Below, piece after piece: positions 7,984-12,521 of a DNA stretch of 12,521 bases. How positions within the stretch are numbered: position 1 is the first letter of the stretch; every line of letters begins with the position of its first letter. Origin of the DNA: Gemmatimonadales bacterium (lineage in GTDB: Bacteria; Gemmatimonadota; Gemmatimonadetes; Gemmatimonadales; GWC2-71-9); NCBI GenBank assembly GCA_050732995.1, contig JBOHSA010000136.1, positions 1-12,521 of the forward strand, read 5' to 3'. Both the position numbers and the translations under genes were made by a program. The notes below the pieces were generated by a model, which did not search any database, had not been told where the DNA came from, and saw only the letters and a list, made by a program, of their open reading frames with translations.

Positions 7984-9262
7984 GCTCCGCGCGGTCCGGC
8001 CCTTTTTGCAGGCGCGACAGGATGTTCACCCCCGTCGCCGTCTCGATCTGCTCGGTCAGCCGGATGATCGCCTCGGGGAACTGCGCCGCCGCCGCGGCGA
8101 CGCCGGACCCCGCCTTCCCGCTCTGTCCGCCGGAGTCGATCACCGCCAGCTTGTCGATCTTGATGTGCTCCACCGAGCCGGCCAGCTCCTTCACCAGCTC
8201 GGGCAGCATGTTCAGGATGAAGATCCGCTCGGCGTCCGTCCCGGCCCGCGAGTAGAGTTGGATCATCCTGTCCAGGATCGACAGGTTCGCCTGGCCGTTT
8301 TCGAGGATCGAGGCGGCGGCGCCTTTGGCGCGCAGCTCCGAGGCCTGCCGGTCGGCCTGCGCCGGGATCACCACGTCGGCTTCCACGCGCTTCTGCTCCA
8401 GCACGATACGCTCGGTCTGGAGCTCCTGCTGGGCTTTGACCTTGGCCTTCTCGCCCGAGACCAGCGCCTCGGCCTCGCGGGCCAGTGCTTCCGCTTCGAG
8501 CTCGGCGCGGCGCACGCGCAGCCGGTTGTTCTCCTCGGAGATCTTGAGGTCCGCCTGGATCTTCGCCACCTGCGCCGCCTGGTGGGCCGAGGCCTCGGTC
8601 TGCTCCGCCTCCGACGTGCGCGTCGCCTCCGCCACCCGGGCGAGCTTCAGGATCTCGGCGGTGCGCTGGCGGCCGATCGAATCGAGGTAGTTCACCTCGT
8701 CGGTGACGTTCTGAATCTTCAGAGTGTCGAGCTCGAGCCCGAGCTTCTTCAAGTCCTCGTCCGCTTCCTCGATCAGCGTCTGCGCGAACTTGAGGCGGTC
8801 CTCGTTGACTTCCTCGGGCGTGAGCGTGGCGAGCACCCCGCGGAGATTCCCCTCGAGCGTGTCCTTGGCGATCTGCATGATCTCGTTGAACGGCTTGTTC
8901 AGCAGCCGCTCGACCGCGTTGTACGACACGGGCTCGCGGGCGCACACCTTGACGTTCGCGATGCCGATCACGATGAGCGGAATCCCGCCCTTGGAGTAGG
9001 CGTTCTTCACCGACAGCTCGATGGGGATCGTGGTGAGGTCAACGCGCGAGACCTTCTCGATGATGGGGATACGCAGCGTGCGCCCGCCGTGGAGCAGGCG
9101 GTACCCCACTTCCCGGCCGTCCTCCATGGTGCGGCGGCGCCCGCTGATCACCACCATCTCGTTGGGCAGACCGATAATGATGAGGGAGCGCACCACGTAG
9201 ATCAGCCCCCCGAGCAGGAACAGCGTGACGCCGCCCAGGGCGGCCAGCACTTCAGGCGACAT
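7970..9262 (-). CDS. Flotillin-family SPFH/band-7 protein (FloT/YqiK-like)
   Basis: N-terminal TM segment, then an SPFH-like core (NEMVVISGRRR...GGRTLRIPIIEKVSRVDLTTIPIELSVKNAYSKGGIPLIVIGIANVKV). This is followed by a long EA/AEQ-rich coiled-coil (flotillin repeats) and a C-terminal tail. 430 aa. ATG at 9262 is preceded by GAGGTG. Confidence 0.85.
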   Translation of the reverse strand: MSPEVLAALGGVTLFLLGGLIYVVRSLIIIGLPNEMVVISGRRRTMEDGREVGYRLLHGGRTLRIPIIEKVSRVDLTTIPIELSVKNAYSKGGIPLIVIGIANVKVCAREPVSYNAVERLLNKPFNEIMQIAKDTLEGNLRGVLATLTPEEVNEDRLKFAQTLIEEADEDLKKLGLELDTLKIQNVTDEVNYLDSIGRQRTAEILKLARVAEATRTSEAEQTEASAHQAAQVAKIQADLKISEENNRLRVRRAELEAEALAREAEALVSGEKAKVKAQQELQTERIVLEQKRVEADVVIPAQADRQASELRAKGAAASILENGQANLSILDRMIQLYSRAGTDAERIFILNMLPELVKELAGSVEHIKIDKLAVIDSGGQSGKAGSGVAAAAAQFPEAIIRLTEQIETATGVNILSRLQKGPDRAEREKK

Positions 9263-9270
9263 ATGACACC

Positions 9271-9867
9271 TCAGGCAGGGAGTTGACGCTCGTACTGGTC
9301 CGGGGTCGCGACCTCGGCCACGCCGTTCACCACCCGGACGACCACGACCTCCGTCCCGGCGGGGAGGGGAGCCGCGGCGGAGAGCGACGCGACGGCTTCC
9401 GGCGCGAGCCGGGCCGTCAGGTACACTTCGCGCCCGCCCAGGAGACAGGCCACGCGCCCCGCGCGGCCCGGCTCGAGCGGCAGGGTCAGGCGGGCCCGCT
9501 CGCCCATGAGCTGCGCGTCGTCCAGCGCGTCCACCGTGGTCTCCGAGCGCCGTAACAGCTCGAACACCACGTGGCTCAGGAGAAAGAAGCCGGCGCCCAG
9601 GCCGATCGCCGAGAGCAGCGTGAAGAATGGGTTCGCGCCGATCAGGGTCAGGACGGTGCCCGTGAGGCCGAAGCCCGCCGCGCCGAAAACGAAGTTGCGC
9701 GGGCGCAGAAACGCCAGCGCCAGCTCCCCGACGCCCGGATGATCCGCATCGGCGAGGGTCGGGTGGTCGTGCCCGACGTCGTGCCCATGGTCCCCGTCGC
9801 CCGCGAACAGGCTGAAGGCCAGGAGGCCTACGCCCACGATGGCGGCGAAGAGATACACCCCGAACAT
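9271..9867 (-). CDS. NfeD-family (YuaF/YqiJ-like) membrane protein, flotillin partner, with a His/Asp-rich loop
   Basis: N-terminal TM, then a central TM pair (FVFGAAGFGLTGTVLTLIGANPFFTLLSAIGLGAGFFLL). The C-terminal soluble part (GRAGRVACLLGGREVYLTARL...VVVVRVVNGVAEV) is consistent with the NfeD OB-fold. It sits directly upstream of, and translationally coupled to, the flotillin gene, which is the classic nfeD-SPFH arrangement. Start taken as ATG 9867, preceded by GGAGGA. The loop GDGDHGHDVGHDHPTLADADHPG is unusual. Confidence 0.7.
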   Translation of the reverse strand: MFGVYLFAAIVGVGLLAFSLFAGDGDHGHDVGHDHPTLADADHPGVGELALAFLRPRNFVFGAAGFGLTGTVLTLIGANPFFTLLSAIGLGAGFFLLSHVVFELLRRSETTVDALDDAQLMGERARLTLPLEPGRAGRVACLLGGREVYLTARLAPEAVASLSAAAPLPAGTEVVVVRVVNGVAEVATPDQYERQLPA

Positions 9868-9935
9868 CACGTCCTCCGGAAGGCAGCGCGCGCCGATGAA
9901 ACTGCCGCCCGGCCCGCCCCGGCGGAAGCCCCGGC

Positions 9936-10160
9936 TCAGGGGGGCGGACTGATCGTGTCGGTCACCTGGATCCGGGCGCTCGTCGAGTCCGCCGCCCGCA
10001 TCGCCGCTCCGACGCCGCGCGCGCCCGGGATCCGCGACTGCGCGAGGATGCTGTCCCGCTGCCGCTGGGTGAGCGAATCACCGGCCTGCGCGGACCCGCC
10101 GCCGCCCTCGCCGCACGCGAACGCCAGTGCCGTCCCCGCCACGGCCCACCATCGACCCAT
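9936..10160 (-). CDS. Small Gly-rich lipoprotein (about 74 aa), divergent from the cyclase gene
   Basis: Internal ATG at 10160 is preceded by GGAG. MGRWWAVAGTALAFACGEGGGGSAQAG is a signal peptide plus lipobox (L-A-F-A-C). The longer 95-aa ORF in the track has no plausible N-terminus. Short and unconserved in appearance, so confidence is modest. Confidence 0.4.
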   Translation of the reverse strand: MGRWWAVAGTALAFACGEGGGGSAQAGDSLTQRQRDSILAQSRIPGARGVGAAMRAADSTSARIQVTDTISPPP

Positions 10161-10252
10161 AGAATCGCTCCGTCTGCTCAGGGGGTGATCCCAAGTGTAG
10201 CGGAGGGGAGGCCGGGCTGCCAATCTTCAGCCGGCGAACCACCGGAGGCTCC

Positions 10253-11041
10253 ATGCGATCCCGTTTCGGCGTTGTGCTCGCCCTCGCGCTCGCCGCCTGC
10301 CGACCCGCGCCGCCCGCCGCCGTGCTCGCGGGCGGGAGCTGGGTGGACCTGAGCTACGGCTTCGACAGTGCGACCATCTATTGGCCGACCGCCAAGCCCT
10401 TCCAGCTCGAAGTCGTGGCGGCGCAGCGCACCCCCGCCGGCTACTACTACGCGGCCAACACCTTCGCGGCGGCCGAGCACGGGGGGACCCATCTCGACGC
10501 GCCGGTCCATTTCGCCGAGGGACGTCATACGACCGACCAGATCCCCCTCGAGCAGCTGATGGGGCCGGCGGTCGTGCTGGACGTCAGTCGCCAGGCCGAG
10601 GCCGACCCGGACTACCGGGTCACCTCGGATGTGCTTGACACCTGGGAGCGGGTCAACGGCCCGATTCCGGCCGGCGCGATCGTGCTGGTCCGCACGGGCT
10701 GGGGCGCCCGGTGGCCGGACCGCGCGCGCTACCTGGGCACCGCCCGCACCGGCGCCGCGGCCGTGCCGGAGCTGCACTTCCCGGGCCTCCATCCGGACGC
10801 CGCGCGCCGGCTGGTGGAGCGCCGCGTGGACGCCGTGGGAATCGACACGCCGAGCATCGACTACGGGCAGTCCACCACGTTCGACGTGCACCAGATCCTC
10901 TTGGGCGCGAATATTCCGGCGTTCGAGAACGTGGCGCAGCTCGACCGCCTCCCCGTGACGGGGGCGTTCGTGATCGCGCTGCCGCTGAAGATCGTGGGGG
11001 GGAGCGGCGGACCGCTGAGAATAGTGGCGGTGCTTCCGTAG
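10253..11041 (+). CDS. Cyclase-family protein (kynurenine-formamidase/KynB fold, PF04199) with lipoprotein-type signal peptide
   Basis: The hallmark metal-binding motif EHGGTHLDAPVHF (HxGTHxDxPxH) is present, and the N-terminal WVDLSYGF...IYWP region is typical of the family. It is preceded by MRSRFGVVLALALAACRP, a signal peptide with lipobox LAAC. GGAGG lies 6 nt upstream of the ATG. Confidence 0.85.
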   Translation: MRSRFGVVLALALAACRPAPPAAVLAGGSWVDLSYGFDSATIYWPTAKPFQLEVVAAQRTPAGYYYAANTFAAAEHGGTHLDAPVHFAEGRHTTDQIPLEQLMGPAVVLDVSRQAEADPDYRVTSDVLDTWERVNGPIPAGAIVLVRTGWGARWPDRARYLGTARTGAAAVPELHFPGLHPDAARRLVERRVDAVGIDTPSIDYGQSTTFDVHQILLGANIPAFENVAQLDRLPVTGAFVIALPLKIVGGSGGPLRIVAVLP

Positions 11042-11049
11042 ATACATTG

Positions 11050-11125
11050 TGGAATGCGGACTTCGGAATGCGGAATGGACGGGTGGGCTTCAATTCCGCA
11101 TTCCACACTCCGCATTCCGCATTCA
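11050..11125. terminator. Large imperfect inverted repeat built from GGAATGCGGAAT units, filling the gap between convergent genes; probable bidirectional terminator / REP-like element
   Basis: Left arm TGGAATGCGGACTTCGGAATGCGGAATGG (11050-11078). Right arm AATTCCGCATTCCACACTCCGCATTCCGCATTC (11092-11124), whose reverse complement GAATGCGGAATGCGGAGTGTGGAATGCGGAATT pairs with the left arm apart from a few mismatches. A 13-nt G-rich loop separates the arms. The right arm overlaps the TGA of the aminotransferase gene. Confidence 0.55.
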
Positions 11126-12415
11126 GCTCGGGAGCCCCTTTTTCACGACCTCCTCCATCACCTCCGCGAACCGGTCCACCTCCGCGGTGGTATTGTAGAC
11201 GCTCGGCGTGATCCGCAGGCACGAGAACTCGGCGTGCACGATCGGCGTCACGATGATGCGGTGCTTGTCCCACAGGTAGCCGACCACCTTGCCCACATCC
11301 ACGTTGGCGATCGCGACCGAGGCGAGCCCGCACGATTGCGCCGGGTCGTACGGCGTGAGGATCCTCACGCCGGGCAGCGGCTCGAGCCGCTTGGCCCAGC
11401 GGTCCCGCAGATAGCGGAGCCGGGCCGCCTTGCGCTCCGCGCCGATCCCCTCGTGAAACGTCAGCGCCTCCGCGATGGCGTTGTGGTTCGCCGCCGGATG
11501 GGTGCCGATCTCCTCGAACTTGCGGATGTTGGCGTTCATCTCGGGCGGGGCGGCCATCAGCGGCCAGATCGTGGGGATCTTGTCGCGGCGCACGTAGAGA
11601 AACCCCGTGCCGTGCGGCGCGAGCAGCCACTTGTGAAGACTGGTGCCGTAGTAGTCGCAGTCCAGCTCGTCGCGGTTGAAGGGGAAGTGGGCGTAGGCGT
11701 GCGCGCCGTCGACGATCACCTCGATCCCGCGGGCGCGCCCCAGTCGGCAGATCCGCTGCACGGGAAAGATCTGACCGGTGAGGTTCGTGATGTGACAGAA
11801 GTGAATGACTTTGGTGCGCGGAGTCAGCGCCCGCTCGATCCGGGTGGCCAGATCGTCCAGCGAGGGCGGCGGGACGGGGAAGGTGATCTGCTTCAGGACG
11901 ATCCCGTCGCGCCGCTCCCGCTGCTTCCAGGTCGTGAGCATGCGCGGGTAGTCCTGCGTCGTTGTGAGCACCTCGTCCCCGCGGGCGAGCGGGATCCCGA
12001 GCTGCACGATCTCGAGCGCCTCGCTCGCGTTGCGCGTGATCGCCATTTCTTCGGGGTCGCACCCGAAGCTCGCCGCCAGCCGCCGCCGCACCGACTCGAC
12101 CTGCGGCTCTAGAATCCCCCACATCGTGTGCACCGGCGCCTCGTTGGACAGCTCGAGGTAGCGCCGCATCGCCTCCTGCACCACGCGCGGGCTGGGACTC
12201 ACCCCGCCGTTGTTCAGATTGATCAGCGTGCGGTCCACCGTGAAGGCCCGCTGCACGTCGATCCAGAAGTCCTCGTCCGCCGCGACGTCCGCCGGCGCGC
12301 GGCCGTCCGCCATGCGGAGGGCGGCGCCCAGGCGCTGGAGCCCGTCGTCCCGCAGGGCGGGAATGGCGGCCGAAGCCGCGAACAGCGAACCGAGAAACCG
12401 GCGACGCGTCGTCAT
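11123..12415 (-). CDS. Class V aminotransferase-fold PLP enzyme (cysteine-desulfurase / isopenicillin-N-epimerase-like) with twin-arginine (Tat) signal peptide
   Basis: N-terminus MTTRRRFLGSLFAASAAIPALR matches the Tat motif (T-R-R-x-F-L). The PLP-lysine region YYGTSLHKWLLAPHGTGFLYVRRD matches the class V consensus (S-x-HK-x-L-x-P-x-G-x-G-x-LYV). 430 aa. AAGGAG lies 11 nt upstream of the ATG at 12415. Confidence 0.85.
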   Translation of the reverse strand: MTTRRRFLGSLFAASAAIPALRDDGLQRLGAALRMADGRAPADVAADEDFWIDVQRAFTVDRTLINLNNGGVSPSPRVVQEAMRRYLELSNEAPVHTMWGILEPQVESVRRRLAASFGCDPEEMAITRNASEALEIVQLGIPLARGDEVLTTTQDYPRMLTTWKQRERRDGIVLKQITFPVPPPSLDDLATRIERALTPRTKVIHFCHITNLTGQIFPVQRICRLGRARGIEVIVDGAHAYAHFPFNRDELDCDYYGTSLHKWLLAPHGTGFLYVRRDKIPTIWPLMAAPPEMNANIRKFEEIGTHPAANHNAIAEALTFHEGIGAERKAARLRYLRDRWAKRLEPLPGVRILTPYDPAQSCGLASVAIANVDVGKVVGYLWDKHRIIVTPIVHAEFSCLRITPSVYNTTAEVDRFAEVMEEVVKKGLPS

Positions 12416-12438
12416 GGCTGGCGATTCTCCTTGGTGGT

Positions 12439-12521
<83 letters not shown>

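Noticed and set aside
4869-9286. Antisense/alternate-frame ORFs 4869-5840(-), 5225-6112(+), 5662-6087(-), 6455-7177(+), 6957-7535(+), 7980-8945(-), 8006-9286(+), 8325-8690(+), 8724-8999(+)
   Set aside because: Low-complexity, charge-biased translations, for example an RD/RE-rich 240-aa and a Ser-rich 121-aa product. They lie opposite or out of frame to the M24, GT87, flotillin and NfeD genes, all of which have clear family motifs. They are high-GC artefacts.
9871-9935. G-rich segment (GGGGCGGGCCGGGCGG on the minus strand) between the small lipoprotein gene and nfeD, considered as a G-quadruplex or terminator
   Set aside because: No clean stem-loop followed by a T-tract. G-runs of 3-4 are common background in a 70% GC genome. 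Not distinctive enough to report.
10653-12122. 489-aa minus-strand ORF 10653-12122 and 352-aa plus-strand ORF 11054-12112
   Set aside because: Both run across the inverted-repeat intergenic region and through the opposite strand or alternate frame of the cyclase and aminotransferase genes. Their translations are Arg/Gly/Pro-rich with no motifs, whereas the called genes carry diagnostic PLP-lysine and HxGTHxDxPxH motifs.
10253-12415. Cyclase plus class V PLP enzyme read as a kynurenine pathway (kynB-kynU) fragment
   Set aside because: Both proteins carry export signals (lipoprotein and Tat). The genes are convergent rather than co-transcribed. The PLP-lysine context resembles the desulfurase/epimerase clade rather than kynureninase (S-Y-K-Y-L-N type). 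No kynA/TDO gene is present.

Overview
High-GC (about 70% by spot counts) bacterial chromosomal fragment that looks like a complete contig from a short-read or metagenome assembly. It starts inside an IS481-family insertion sequence, whose left end is not in the window, and it ends in an 82-nt poly-G run that is almost certainly a sequencing artefact. I support 14 protein-coding genes, 12 of them on the minus strand, and find no rRNA, tRNA or CRISPR array. Reading left to right: (i) an IS481-like transposase gene; (ii) a visibly lower-GC (about 50%) island at about 1165-2850 carrying two unrelated lipoprotein genes of unknown function; (iii) a DUF420-like small membrane protein and a PLP-dependent D-serine-dehydratase/D-threonine-aldolase-family enzyme; (iv) a tightly packed six-gene minus-strand operon, nfeD, flotillin, a lipoprotein, a PF04020 (YvlD-like, holin-like) membrane protein, a PimE-like GT87/DUF2029 membrane glycosyltransferase and a signal-peptide-bearing M24 peptidase, with a divergent small lipoprotein gene upstream; (v) a convergent pair of exported enzymes, a lipoprotein-type cyclase/kynurenine-formamidase-fold protein and a Tat-signal class V PLP enzyme. 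Two intergenic regions carry a shared GCGGAA(C/T) repeat family: a tandem heptamer array upstream of the D-serine-dehydratase-like gene, and a large inverted repeat between the convergent pair. Nearly every product is predicted to be membrane, lipoprotein or exported. The many long antisense and alternate-frame ORFs in the supplied track are high-GC shadow ORFs and are not called. I do not see a canonical known system such as CRISPR or a toxin-antitoxin pair. The most system-like novelty is the extended flotillin/NfeD/PF04020/GT87/peptidase operon, together with the repeat family.
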